A DNA stretch of 64,000 nucleotides from Squalus acanthias (taxonomy: Eukaryota): the NCBI GenBank assembly GCA_030390025.1, contig CM059432.1, forward strand, positions 93,498,001-93,562,000. Direction: 5' to 3'. The notes below the pieces were generated by a model. It was not told the DNA's origin. It did not search any database and saw only the letters and a program-made list of their open reading frames with translations. A program made the position numbers and the translations under genes. Shown piece by piece: positions 10,096 to 23,152 of the stretch; position 1 is the first letter of the stretch; each line of letters begins with the position of its first letter.

Positions 10096-13019
10096 AGAAG
10101 TGCAGGAAAGAAGAAAGGACTTAAATTGATGTAACGTCTTTCATACCTCAACATCCCAAAGCGCTTCACAGTCTATGAAGTATTTTGTAGTGTAGTTACT
10201 GCTGAAATATATAGAATCATAGAAATTTATGGCACAGAAGGAGGCCATTCGGCCCATCGTGTCTGTGCCAGCCGAAAAGAGCCAGTAGGTAGTCAGTTTG
10301 CGTACAGCAAGGGGCCACAAACAGAAATGAAATAAATCACCAGATAATCTCTTTGGGGGCGTTGTTTGAGCGATAAATCTTGGAGTAAACCAACGTTAAC
10401 TAACCAATTTTCTATTCCTTCTCTCATCGTTCCTCCTCACAACCCACCAAGCAATTTTGTTTACAAACATTCAACAGCTGAAATATAATCTTGTACATCT
10501 TGTTTAGGATTAAAATAGTCTTAGTAAATCATTGACCTGCATTTTTCCCTCCTTTGAATGCAAAAATCAGTTTTGACAGTAATTCACCTCAAAATGACAG
10601 TCATCACCAGAATTTCCTGTCTCTCTCTGCTAAAAATACTAATGAATGAAAATGAGTTACCAATTAAAATATAGGATAGACACAGGGCTTTAAATTAGTA
10701 CTGGTCTGATGGACGAAAACTAATTAATTTACCAAAGGCATCAGTGATGATATAGCATACTTGGTCCAATGGACCCCTGAATGTACTTGGACACGATGCT
10801 CAGAGTATTGTCCTCCCAGACACAAGAAGCTTCTTGTGTAAGCTGCTTTTCTTTTAATTGAACAAACTGCCTCCATGTGGTACACTTTTAGTTTTCAGTA
10901 CACTGGTGGACTGGAGTTTCTTTACAGTGGACTGGTGATTATCAATTTACTGGTTCTGCTGATTAATGATCCTGTGGCTTCAATTTTCAGCTCTGTATTC
11001 TTTTGGCTGCATTTCCAACAGTTAGATGGCGTTTGCTGCTTTAGAGCAATGGTTTTAAAACTTGTGTGTGAGGGACCGCTGACAATATTGACGCACTCCC
11101 AGGGACCACGTGTTAACTTCCGAAAGACTGTCAGCTTCCCAAAGGAAAACAGTAATACACTGCAAAATCAACTTACTTTGTTAGTTTGCAACAGAAATAA
11201 TGCTAGTAATGCTAATACAAAAAAACTCAAATCTGATGGCAGATGCAAAAGGTACCTGATGATGTCAGGGACGCGCTGTGATCCAGCGATCCTAGTCAAA
11301 GAGCTGTGCTTTAATTCTTAAGGTGCCATTGTACCAATTCTTCTTTAGGATTTATAATTAGGAGAAAAATATATATAAAAAGTGGCCTGTTTCAGGATTC
11401 CAAGAGTTATCTTCTAATTTATTTTGTACAAGTTGATGTTTTTGGGACTGCACAGAGCTAACACCTGCTACAATACATATCATAGGATACATATTTTCAC
11501 CAGCAATAACCCAGAGAGAGAGTTCCCAATCTAAAATGTGGTGTGGTGGGGAGGTACTGTGGAGACCACACTGACCACGATCAGCTAACTTAACAGACCT
11601 GAGATTGAACCCAAAACCTTCCAATTCTGTATGAATCAGCTATTCGCTGCCTTGAACAACTGGTCCAACATATGAAATAACTGTATGAACTGATCTGGTT
11701 TTGCTCTCAGCATCAGAGGCTTTGAATATGCTGCTGCCATATAAAATTCCCTCAGTCACTAGTTGGCCTCTAACCGCAAAAGGACTCTTTGCAATTAGCG
11801 AAAGATCCATTATTGTATCAAATGCTCAGTGGCAATTAGACAAACACATCACACATTCCTTAGACGTTGCAGAAAAATCTCAGTGCAAAATTAGGTTCCA
11901 TCCAACACACATCAAATTAATCAGTTAGTTTTATTTGGACATCCATTATTCAGCTAACTATTCATTGTAATTACTTTTCCATCTGTCTGCCTGGTGAGCA
12001 TTGACTATGAAAACCATAAGATATGCACTGAGAATGAATATAATGCCTCTGACTGAACCGGCTGCATAATAATATTAAACAAATAGGATTACAGAATGCA
12101 ATGAACTGAAACTAATGTGATTTTCTATACCATAATAGTCATTGAAGGAAGCAAGCTGTTCCCTGGAGATTCTTTGGAACTGTTCAAAGAGCCGACTGAA
12201 GCACAGCACAACAGTTTTCCACCATCACTGCACCAGAAGATTTTGTCAAGTAATATGTTGGTATAATGACTATGAACTGTATCTTCCCTACTCCACATGA
12301 ATTTCTTAATACAATACTTGATCACTTTCCATGCAACTGCATGTGTAGAAGTTTTAAAAAAGGCCCTCCAGATACAGAGTTATTATTATGACACACCTTT
12401 AAGTTAGAAGCTTTTTCAATAAAGATTGAAGTAATAATTAGTGACTGCTCATTATCAAGTGTTAATTGCCTTTGACTCCTTCATGAATTCTCTTCTTCTC
12501 CCAACATAAGTAAATTGCTGCATCCTCCACAGACCATTTTCAAAACTCTCACAATCATGCCAGAATGGAGGGAGAGTCAGCTGTACCTAGATGCTTCTAA
12601 CAAGTTCAGGTTGCTACAACAATTTTGATGAGTTCCACGGTGTAAAACCAGATCAAATTTATATTCTGGATGAATATATCACCATCGTGACCATATTAAG
12701 TGATATTTTCACAGCAATGTGAAGGCTCTGTTACTTGCACTATTTTCAAATAATGGCTATTTTCTTTTTCTAACTATAGCAGCAGTTTAATGAAATTGAA
12801 ATAAAAAAAATACAAAATTCCATCATGTGAAGTATCTTTAAATCCTGACAACTCTGATACAAACAGAAGATGGTTTTAGATTTCACTGATGGGGATGACC
12901 TACAGAATCATCCAAACCAGTAAAATTGGTATTAACACAGCCTCTCTTCCCAGTAACATGTTCACCATTTCTTTAAGAGTACACAAAGCTCTTCAATTTT
13001 TCCACATATTACTTGTACA

Positions 13020-13218
13020 AGAAGGGCTGTGGAGGCTCAGTCATTGGGTATATTCAAAACAGAAGTCGATAGATTTCGGACTAGTAAGGGCATCAAGGGA
13101 TATGGCGATAGGGCCGGTGAATGGAGTTGAGGCAGAAGATCAGCCATGATCTCATTGAATGGCGGAGCAGGCTCGAAGGGCCGAATGGCCTACTCCTGCT
13201 CCTATTTCTTATGTTCTT
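13020..13218 (+). mobile_element. CR1 LINE 3' end fragment
   Basis: Ends gaatggcggagcaggctcgaagggccgaatggcctactcctgctcctatttcttatgttctt, as in the CR1 tail at 48770-48830. Confidence 0.8.
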
Positions 13219-13464
13219 AAATAACAGTAGGCAGATTATGAAGAAATCCATGTAGTGGTTAAATGACCTGTGTTGTACACCAGGCAGAAGTCTCCCCCCC
13301 CCCCCCACCGCCCCAACACCTCATGCCAATACAACTAACCCTGGTTACATTGCTGGTATGTCCTAAACAAAGAGCCCACAGATTCTATTCTCATACAAAG
13401 ATTACCACAGGTTTTGTCCAGGAAAAAGAAAAAGAAAAAGAGAGGGGAAAAAAGAAAAAGGAGA

Positions 13465-13937
13465 GAGGAAGGAAGGAAGACTTGCATTTATATAGCGCCT
13501 TTCACGACCACCGGACGTCTCAAAGCGCTTCACAGCCAATGAAGTACTTTTGAAGTGGAGTCACTGTTGTAATGTGGGAAACGCAGCAGCCAATTTGCGC
13601 ACAGCAAACTCCCACAAACAGCAATGTGATAATGACCAGATAATCTGTTTTTGTTATGTTGTTTGAGGGATAAATATTGGCCAGGACACTGGGGATAACT
13701 CTCCTGCTCTTCTTCGAAATAGTACCATGGGATCTTTTATGTCCACCTGAGAGAGCAGACAGGGCCTCGGTTTAGCGTCTCATCCGAAAGACAGTACCTC
13801 TGACAGTGCAGCACTCCCTCAGCACTGCACTGGCGTGTCAGCCTAGCTTTATGTGCTCAAGTCCCTGGAGCGGGACTTGAACCCACAACCTTCTGACTCA
13901 GAGGCGAATGTGCTACCAACTGAGCCATAGCTGACAC
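13465..13937 (-). mobile_element. Full-length tRNA-derived DeuSINE (SacSINE1/AmnSINE1-related)
   Basis: Minus strand: A box tggctcagttgg, B box ggttcaagtcc, Deu-domain-like gtctttcggatgagacgctaaaccgagg...aaagatcccatgg...gtgtcctggccaa, L2-like tail aaggcgctatataaatgcaag. Confidence 0.8.
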
Positions 13938-15161
13938 TATAAGAACCTTCATCAAAAGCAGCAAAACATGAAATTGCTCAGAACTTCTCCAGAGCATCAA
14001 GTTATCCCCTCCAGGAAATATGCCAGAAGCAAGGGGATTTATGAAACTCTTGTGAAATCGTCCATGGTTCCAACCTTACAGCACTTTGCGAACCAGCTGC
14101 CAGAGGAGACTCCATTAGCCCATGGAAGGATGTAAATGAGAATTTAATTAAGATTAAAATGTAATCAAACACCAGAAACTTGTCGGCTCTAACCCAAGTT
14201 TTGTACTGAAAGTCAGCAATATTAGATTTGGCAGAGCTCCCCGTTTAGACAGCTAGCTCCCAGGACAACACTTTGATGGAACAATGTTTTTGTTTTGCAT
14301 ATATGCGAACACCACTCAATATGCCAACATTTCAACATTGTGAATGAAATAGCAGTGGCCATGAGAAGATAGGGTTATTTCAGCAATAAATATGCCAGCT
14401 ATTCACGCTGTACTGCTTTCAAAATAATTCTGGCACAAATCTGCCCACGGTAGGTTTACTGTATGGAGACAGATGCAGAACCTGGAAATCACAAAGACAG
14501 ATTCAGAACATAGCAATCATACCATCTATATGGTAATCAACAGATTAGATTTTGACAGACATTGGATGTGATCTGAATGTCACTTGCCTGTATGAAATTG
14601 TCAGAACTGCTGTAGATAAAACTGGATGTCATTGATATAGTTATAATGCACTGCCACCTGAACTTTAAAAAAAATCATAAAAATTGGATAAATAAAATCT
14701 TATTTATGTTTGGGCTCAAAACTGACAAAAGCTCTAGTTTATTATTTGTAAATAGGTTGAAATACAGCTGGTTGAGGCTTCAAGATAAGAAGCAAGCAAA
14801 ATTATCATTTAAGCTTGGGAACTGCTGTCAGCAAAGGATCTTTTGTAAGACATAGGGGGAAGAAATTGGCTAAATCCCCAAAAATATGCGAGGATCGCGG
14901 TACGCGATGAACCCACGCCCATTGATTGCATTGCAGGTAGCACGTTAAATTAGTGCTGCCTATTCTTTTAAATGATTGCTGCATGCAGCCAACGCTCCCC
15001 ACACTGGTCATTGGCTGTACGCATCAGCAGGGGGTCCGATATCGCAAGTGGCCAGCGCTACTTAAAGGCAGCCTACACCTCTTAAAGGGGAGGTGCATTG
15101 TGGCTGCAAGAAGTGGTGCGAGTTTTTTCAAAAGTCAATCTGAACTATGATACTTTGAGCA

Positions 15162-17610
15162 ATGGCTGAACATGCGAGAGAGCGAACACCAAGGTTTACA
15201 GACAATACACTGGAGGTCTTGGTGGAAGAGGTGGAAAGAAGCGGATACATCTTGTATCCGCAGCAGGGCAGGAAGCCCTCCAGACACAAGCTCAGGAGGC
15301 AGTAGGAACAAGTAACGGCGGAGGTCAATGCGAGGAGTGTTGCTCCAAGAACATGGATGCAGTGCAGGAAGAAGTTTAACAATCTCACACGAGTTGTGAA
15401 GGTGAGTGAGTTCATCTTCAAATGGCATACCCTACCAACTGCACCATTAGCCTCATCCATTGCTCAATTCTCTACACCCCCATCACCCACCTACAAATAA
15501 TCTCTCTTAATCCATACAACCCTAAAATTCATATGCTTTACCTCACCCTCACACACTTAGCACTGCTGCAAGCCTTGCACCCACAACTCACAGCTCGCAC
15601 ACACTGGCAGCTGTTCAACCATGACAGCCACATCACCCAAATGTATTGTAGGACACTCACTGACATACTTCCCTCTTACTTGCAAGAGAAGGTGGCGCAT
15701 AACAGCAGGAAAGAACTGGAGGAGGACAAGCACGCCTGCAGGTATTAACCAGAATGGAGGAGACAGTGCTGGCTATTATAGGAAGGAGCATCACTGAGGC
15801 CGTGGCCACTAGCGGGGCTGGAGGGATCGATTATGAGGGTATTTACATATCTAATACTCCTTCTCTCTTCCCACTTCTCCCTCATCCCACAATCTTTTCT
15901 GACTCACAAGCTGCAGATGGTGTAAGCACGCACTTCTTACTTTCTCCTCTCCCCTCACCACAACCCAATCCTTGTCCCTTTTTTATTTCAGATACCCAAG
16001 AACTGGAACCTTCCCAGTCAGTGGAGGAAGAGGAAGAAGACAGTGAAGATGAAGAGACACCGTCACTCGATCTTACACTTGCACCCATCAGCTCAGAGAC
16101 TTGCACTGCATGTATATTAGAGGCTAGGATAGAGGAGAGATCTGCATGTGGTGAGACACCAGGCACAAGTGCACAGGAGCCAGGGTGGGGGGAAAAGGAT
16201 AGCATAGGTGCCAGCTCACCAGAGGGCGAGGTCGCACATTAGTTCTGCTGCAGAAGAGTCAACTGAAGACTTCGATGGGCCAGGCTACAGAAGACTGATG
16301 GGTGTACATAACCAAATGCTTGGTGCACTGGAAAGCCCATCAGAAAGCCTGTGTTCAATGTCAAGGAGCACGGAGGAGGCCAGCACCAACTTGGCACAGG
16401 GCTTTGCACAGAGCTTGAAGCCAACATGGTACGGGTGGTCATCTCCATCAGCACACCTGTGGGACCCACCTTGATGCAACATCTGATGGCCAATGTCACA
16501 GCTTCCATTGCAGCAAAAACAACTTCCATCAAAGGCCTAAGTGCTGTCATCATGGCACTGGATACCATTGTTCAAAGGGGCTTCAAGAGTGTCAGAGCAG
16601 TCCATCAATCTGTTCTTCCACAGCTTACTAGGATTGCTGAGGTGCTGCCCTGGGAGAGTGGCAGTGCCTCCATGGAGCACGAACCTGCTGTCCTCTCTCA
16701 GGATGACAGCATTTCTGCTCCCACCCCTACCACTCTGCCAGTGACCTTGCTTTTTTTTTGTTCGTTTCTGGAATGCCCAATTGCCCTTGAGAAGATGGTG
16801 GTGAGCTGCCTTCTTGAATCGCTGCAGTCCGTGTGGTGAAGGTATTCCCACAGTGCTGTTAGGGAGGGAGTTCCAGGATTGCGACCCAGTGACGATGAAG
16901 GAACAGTGATATATTTCCAAGTCAAGACGATGTGTGACTAGGAGGGGAACTTGGAGGTGATGGTGTTCCCATGCGCCTGCTGCCCTTGTCCTTCTAGGAG
17001 GTAGAGGTTGCGGGTTTGGGAGGTGCTGTCGAAGAAGTCTTGGTGAGTTGCTGCAGTGCATCTTACACACGACAGCCACGGTGCGCCGGTGGTGGAGGGA
17101 GTAAGTGTTTAAGGTGGTGGATGGGGTATCAATCAAGTGGGCTGCTTTGTCCTGGATGGTGTCGCGCTTCTTGAGTGTTGTTGGAGCTGCACTCATCCAG
17201 GCGAGTGGAGAGTATTCCATCACACTCCTGACTTGTGCATTGTAGATGGTGGAAAGGCTTTGGGGAGTCAGGAGGTGAGACACTCGCCACAGAATACCCA
17301 GCCTCTGACCTGCTCTTGTAGCCATAGTATTTATGTGGCTGGTCCAATTAAGTTGTTGCTGCCCATCAGCCAGCCAGCCAGCTCAAACTGCTGCAGCCCA
17401 GGCCAAGATGGTGCAGTCTGAAGCTGGGCCTTCTAGGCCCAGAGCTGTTTGAGGTCACCCTTCAAAGCCATCTGTAGTCTCCTCAATTGAAGGTTAGCAG
17501 CCTTCCACCACCCATGCTGCAGCTACTGGGGAAGCACCTCGTAGAAGTACTAAGATAAGCAAAGGCACATGAAAGACAGGCACTAAGGGAATGCATAAGG
17601 GTGATTAGTT
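15162..17610 (+). pseudogene. Harbinger Myb/SANT-like DNA-binding protein gene, spliced, disrupted
   Basis: Exon 1 15162-15401: MAEHARERTPRFTDNTLEVLVEEV...Q*EQVTAEVNARSVAPRTWMQCRKKFNNLTRVVK then gtgagt. Exon 2 about 15686-15838 (EKVAHNSR; acceptor mutated). Exon 3 from 15992 with acidic tract. Confidence 0.8.
16751..17351 (-). mobile_element. 5'-truncated non-LTR retrotransposon (CR1/L2 group) inside the Myb gene
   Basis: ORF AGQRLGILWRVSHLLTPQSLSTIYNAQVRSVMEYSPLAWMS...SWNSLP; A-rich tail near 16751; same family as 51020-52335. Confidence 0.85.
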
Positions 17611-17759
17611 TATTTTTGTATGCATTGTGTCATGATTGATTTATAAAATTGGATTAAAATGTGAATTTTCTGACGATGCAGCGGTCAGTGATAGAGGAAA
17701 GGTAAGGAGCGTGGGACTGTTGGTGAACAGGGAGGTGTGATTGAGGTAACTCGTATCGC

Positions 17760-18360
17760 TCATGAATTATCTGATCACGTAGAGCATGGGCAGAATTGTA
17801 GCCTCCCTTCATCTTCCATGTTCCTCCACTTCCTGTTGCTCTTCCTCCTCCTCTTTGTCTCAGTGCCCCTGCTTCTCACCTGATAGGTGGTGGCAAGGGC
17901 TGTTCCCTTATAATGGCCAGGTTGTGTAGCATGCAGCATACTACCACAAATCTTGATACCCACTCAGCTGAGTACTGCAGGGCTCCAGTAGAAATGTTGC
18001 TTGAGGACCCCGATGGTCTGCTCTATAATATTCCTTGTGGCAGCATGGCTCTCACTGTAGGCCTGCTGTGGATGATTGCGTGGGTTCCGGACCGGAGCCA
18101 TGTCATGAGTGGATAACCCTTGTTGCCCAGTAGCAAGCCTTTGACTTGCCATGGTGGGTCAAATACAGGTGGCACAGAGGATTGCCACAGAATGAAGGAA
18201 TCGTGACTACTTCCAGGATAATAGGCATTCACCTGCATGATGCGCTGCCTGTGGTCACACACCAGTTGCACATTGAGGGAGTGGAATCCCTTCGGTTTAT
18301 GAAAATGGTTGAGTTCATATGAAGGCAATGTGCATTCAGTCAATGGCACCCTGCACCAGA
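17760..18360 (-). pseudogene. HARBI1-type DDE transposase remnant (C-terminal part)
   Basis: [35 protein letters not shown]...LLGNKGYPLMTWL and HAATRNIIEQTIGVLKQ across frameshifts. Confidence 0.85.
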
Positions 18361-19134
18361 AGAAGCCCTACCAGGCCACCCATGTCTGGAAGCAACTTGT
18401 TTCAGCACAAGCTTTTAAATCAACAAAAAAGTACTTCATCACCAGCCAGACCATTCAAACTTTAACCAAGTATAATCCAGCAACTAACCTGTAAGTAGTT
18501 CATGATCCCTTTAAAGAGCGCTGGTTGGGGGGGAAGTGAGCGGTCCAAATTTCGTTTAATGCTTGTTCAGCTGTGCGAGGTTAAGACAGGGCATAGGCTG
18601 CAGCGTGGCGTTTGAAAATGCCAGGGCTGGCATCAAATCAATGTTGCACACTGATTGACATCATAATCTGCCTGCTCTGCATGCTGCCGGCAGTCGTTAG
18701 GTGCGCGTATGCAAACCCCTCTACCAAGATGGCATCCAGTGCACTTTCCGCCGGAAGTGTGCGCACGCATCTCTGACCCTATTTTTGAGCATTAGGTGGC
18801 CGCTTAGCACCAAAAAAAGTGCGCTACACTGCCCAATTTCTCCCCCTGTAGCTTTCTGTTATGAGATTTGTCCCCAACTCCAGAGAATTCAGTAAGTGGC
18901 ACTCAGCATCATAAATGTTTAAGTATGTTGTTTTAAAGCATCCTATATTCTCTTTCCACAATGCATTTCTCAATTACTGTTATATCACATGGATGAGACA
19001 ACCTAAATGACATCATCTCACTCACGTTGGTCAGAGTTATACTATGATGTGGAGATGCCCGGCGTTGGACTGGGGTGGACAAAAATGAGAAGTCGCACAA
19101 CACCAGGTTATAGTCCAACAGATTTATTTAAAAT

Positions 19135-19170
19135 TACAAGCTTTCGGAGCTGTTGCTCCTTCCTCAGGTA
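19135..19170 (-). ncRNA. Minimal type I hammerhead ribozyme motif in Penelope terminus
   Basis: Minus strand: tac | CTGAGGA | a-ggagc-aaca-gctcc | GAAA | gctt | gta; canonical CUGANGA core. Confidence 0.75.
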
Positions 19171-19504
19171 GAGTAGCTGTGAGAGAATCTCCCAGAATTC
19201 ACAATATAAACACAGAAAAAATGTATTCAAATCTTTCCCTACATCAAAGACACACTAAGAGCACAGCCAAGACAATGAGATGTGTCCCAGGGGGTCCAAC
19301 GTGACAAAACACCTGCTGGCTGCATATCCTCTGCAGTTGACTTTGGTTCTTGTGTTAGTTTTTTTTTTTAAAAAAGGCTGGAAAGACCGGCCATGATGTC
19401 AAGTCACGTTCTGTATCGTGACATGAACCCGATATCGCGATTGAGGCCATCCTCATGAGTGCGGAACTTGGCTATCAGTTTCTGCTCTATGATTTTGCGC
19501 TGTC

Positions 19505-20062
19505 GTGTATCCCTACGTCGTCCAGTACTTCCCCGGAGCGGAAAAACTACGCCATGTTCTTCACAGCCTTCAACATGTCATCGATGACGACGAACACCTT
19601 GCTAAGGCCATCCCCACGCCTCCACTACTCGCCTTCAAGCAGCCGCCTAACCTCAAAAGTACCATCGTTCGCAGCAGATTACCCATCTTTCAGGAGAACA
19701 GCAACCACGACACCACACAACCCTGCCACGGCAACCTCTGCAAGACATGCCAGATCATGGACACAGATACCATCATCACACGTGAGGACACTACCCACCA
19801 GGTACATGGTACATACTCATGTGACTCGGCCAACGTTGTCTACCTGATACGTTGCAGTAAAGGATGCCCCAGAGCATGGTACATCGGCGAGACCATGCAG
19901 ACACTGAGACAACGTATGAACGGACACCGCGCAACAATCGCCAGGCAGGAGGGTTGCCTCCCAGTCGGGGAACTCTTCAGCAGTCAGGGGCATTCAGCCT
20001 CGGATCTGCGGGTAAGCATTCTCCAAGGCGGCCTTCGGGATACAGACAGCGCAAAATCATAG
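19505..20062 (+). pseudogene. Penelope GIY-YIG endonuclease domain fragment
   Basis: 185-aa ORF with Cys-rich linker and VVY...YIG motif; lacks RT and the true C-terminus. Confidence 0.85.
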
Positions 20063-21821
20063 ACCTGCATTGGACAGATAGATGTGGAACCATTAAAGTG
20101 TGAAACCGCAGAGATGGACCACAAGGAGAATGAAAGGCAGCAGAGAGATTGAGGCATCTGAATAGTGACAGTGCTCTTAATTAATTGTATCACAGGACAT
20201 TTATGATATTGACCAAGACATCTCGCTATTGTTGGTGCATCTGAAATAGGATTGGAGGGATTTGGGTAGTGACCTTCATGTAGACGACAACGTTGAAGCG
20301 GATTGGGAAAATTTTTTCAACCTTATGGAGGTTGGAAGAGTTGAGAGAAGCAGGGGCAGTTATACAGATAGCCTTGATCTTAGAAACAAGGGAGAATATC
20401 AGAAGAGACAGTGTGTGGTGGTAAAGAGGAGTTCAAGGTTGTTCTTGCTATTGAGACTGGCTCTGGATAAATGAAAGGATCATGCCAGAGCTGGCAATGG
20501 ACACCAAGGCTGCTTGGATGTCAGAATGAGGTTGTGGATGGGGAGTACGCAACTTAAAGGGCAACAGGCATTTTGTAGCATAATTCAGGAAAGGTACGCA
20601 ACAGGAGGTTCCATGATTGGGGGATGGGGCAGGGGGGAGTAAACACAGTAAAAAACAGAGATGGGATACAGAGAGTGGAATGTGAAGAAAGTTAATAAAG
20701 TTAACTCTGGGGATCACAGTGAACAGGGTAAACTTGTGATAGGGGAATGAAGCAGCTTGGGTGGCTGCTCAGAGAGCCAGTGGCCATGATGGGCACAGCT
20801 GAGGATGTCCTGGTAACAGCAAGGGAATCCTATGTGCCTGTCCCAGAGACACGAGTTTGGGACAACAGCAGGATAGATGTTCAGTGAGGGAATAACAATG
20901 GATAGGACAGGAAATTGCACTGCAACATTTATGTGCCATCAGGGAACGAGAATTTGAAATGACCCAGGGAGATCAAACAGGTAGACAGCAGCAGCAGCAG
21001 CAGCAACATGCAAGTGGGCCAGGAACAATTAGTACAACATTAGCAGTTTATACACCTGACTTAACTCAGCCATGTATTCTTAAATCTACTGAGATGCTCC
21101 TGGCCTTAGGTCAGTGAAACTCACGCCACTAAACAGACACAGTTGTTTTCACAAAGCACATTACCTCAGATTGGATTCCATTACTCTATATTAGAACACT
21201 TACACTGAATTCACACTTCACTGGCGTCAACATAGCATGAAAATACTAGTAGGACAAGAACTTTATTGCACTTACAGAAATAACTTACTTGAGCTTGGAA
21301 AAAGTCCCATTTCCTCCCCCCCTTTCACAATGTAGGCATCAGCTGAAAATATCACTTATAATTTATAAGGTCACTGGGATGCATCATAAGAATATTCAAT
21401 TGTTTCTTTTTCTTTGCATTGATGTCTTTTGAAGAAAGAGTCAAGTATCAACAGGTCTGTACAGTTTACTGGCTACTATTGAAGTTTGGAATAAAATCTG
21501 AAGTAACTAAAACGGCTTTGCTCTAAAATCGGTTTCTTTACAATCCAGGAACAATGCTGCATGGTGTGCACAAATTAACAGTGTATACTGTACCAGGATC
21601 ACGCTTTAGTTGCTGTGCTTCCGAGGTTCCACTAAAACAGAATTCCAGTTCCTCCCACTGTGCTGTTACTGAAGTGTGATTGGGTGGAACGAGTGCCAGA
21701 GGGAAACAAATTAACAGTCACATCCTGAAAGAGTAGAAACAATGATACCAATAAACAAAATGGATGACACAAGAAAACACTAAGAAAAAAGTAACAGAAA
21801 TGAAAGGAGAAACCAGACTAT

Positions 21822-22059
21822 TGTGGCGGATCGCCACCTAAAACGGGCATAATCCACTCTTCCGTCTGTGGACAAATTTCCAGCACCTTCCCTTTAAGGC
21901 ACCTTACCTTTAAGGAGAAGGGGGCGGGGCCTCAGGTTTTACCCAGAGAATTCTGGGAGCTTTTTCAGTCTGCCATTTTGTACCATGCTGTGATTAAAAA
22001 GTCTCTTGTTTAACACAAATGGATTCAGCCCTAATTCGTGTTTCGCGGCAGCCTCAACA
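21822..22059 (+). repeat. 5' LTR
   Basis: Reads identical to 25911-26148; contains GC box ggggcgggg and attaaa. Confidence 0.97.
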
Positions 22060-22060
22060 T

Positions 22061-22074
22061 TGGTGACCCCGACG
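22061..22074 (+). promoter_or_regulatory. Primer binding site complementary to tRNA-Trp
   Basis: tggtgaccccgacg just after the LTR, complementary to the tRNA-Trp 3' end (CGUCGGGGUCACCA). Confidence 0.85.
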
Positions 22075-22099
22075 CTCAGAACGTATTCCGAGCACTGCA

Positions 22100-23143
22100 A
22101 TGGCGGACACGAACGCAGTTTCCGTGAAACTGCCGGAGTTTTGGGAAAACCAGCCCGAAGCCTGGTTTCTCCAAGCTGAATCTCGCTTCCGGCTGTGAAA
22201 TATCACCACAGATGGGACGAAGTACGACTATCTCGTCACATCACTCGGTAGCGCCACAGTTTCCAAGGTTTGGACAACGCTGCAGAACCCACCAGAGGAA
22301 GGCAAGTACGCACATCTCAAAACAGCGCTCCTTAAAAAATTTACGGCCTCGGCATATCAGCGAAACTGCCACCTCCTCGACCTTCCAGGCCTCGGTGATG
22401 CCTCACCGTCAGACCTCCTCTCCCACATGCTCTCCCTCACCGACGAGAGCCCACCCGGATCCCTCTTCCGCACGCTGTTCATCCGCCCAGCGATCGTGGC
22501 GTCCGGCCTCACGAACCTGGAAGCCCTGGCCGATGAGGCCGACAAGCTGCTGTCCGCTCACTCCAGCCGCGACATCACTCCGGACCTGGCAGCCAATGCC
22601 TGGGCGCGCCCCTCACCATCCAGCACGCGGCCACAAGAGCCTGTCACCAGGCCCACGGGGCCTTCACGCTCCACTAACCCGGGCCACTGTTACTACCACG
22701 CACGGTACAGCGCCAGGGCACAACGGTGCACACCTCCCTGCTCTTTCAAGTCCGCCCCCGTACCAGCCCCCGCGATGGCCGTGGGCCACGCGGGCTCCCT
22801 GCTGTTCGTCACGGATGACAAAACCGGCCGCCGGTTCCTGTGCGACACTGGAGCCCAGCACAGCATCATCCCGGCCTCCTCCCTCGACATCCAAAAGGGC
22901 GAACGAGGACCGGCGCTGGCTGCTGCTAACGGCTCGGAAATCCGGACGTATGGCACCCGGACAGTCACCCTCGACCTCGCTGGTCACCGCTACCGATGGG
23001 AGTTCATCACTGCCAAGGTGCTCTCCCCCCTCATCGGCGCAGATTTCCTGTGCGCCCACGGCCTACTGGTAGACATCCCTCGTCATCGCCTCGTGGACAT
23101 GAACACCATGTCCCCCATCCTGGGCGCCATGGCCCCCCATTAA
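22100..23143 (+). pseudogene. gag: gag-protease region with in-frame stop
   Basis: MADTNAVSVKLPEFWENQPEAWFLQAESRFRL* (TGA 22196-22198), continuing in frame to C-X2-H-X9-C-X3-C (22688-22741) and protease LCDTGAQHSII; TAA at 23141-23143. Confidence 0.9.
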
Positions 23144-23152
23144 CCCGCCGAC

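Larger units (their letters stand above)
14856..18846. mobile_element. PIF/Harbinger transposon 1 (decayed, LINE inserted)
   Basis: TIR-like ends ggggaagaaattgg / ccaatttctccccc; Myb/SANT gene (+) and transposase remnant (-) converge. No clean TSD. Confidence 0.85.
19045..20062. mobile_element. Penelope-like element: 3' end on - strand (19045-19512) joined to an inverted upstream segment on + strand (19513-20062)
   Basis: + ORF encodes a GIY-YIG endonuclease (CHGNLCKTC...NVVYLIRCSKGCPRAWYIGETMQTLRQRMNGH). The - strand from 19512 continues DTRQRKIIEQKLIAKFRTHEDGLNRD. Confidence 0.9.

Noticed and set aside
10875..11321. 148-aa ORF in unique DNA
   Set aside because: No recognisable domain or convincing splice context; consistent with a chance ORF.
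13865..13937. tRNA gene
   Set aside because: A and B boxes are present but run straight into the SINE body; this is a SINE head.
22212..23072. 286-aa alternative-frame ORF and many antisense ORFs across the Gypsy element
   Set aside because: Expected shadow ORFs of GC-rich coding sequence; the gag and pol motifs lie in another frame.
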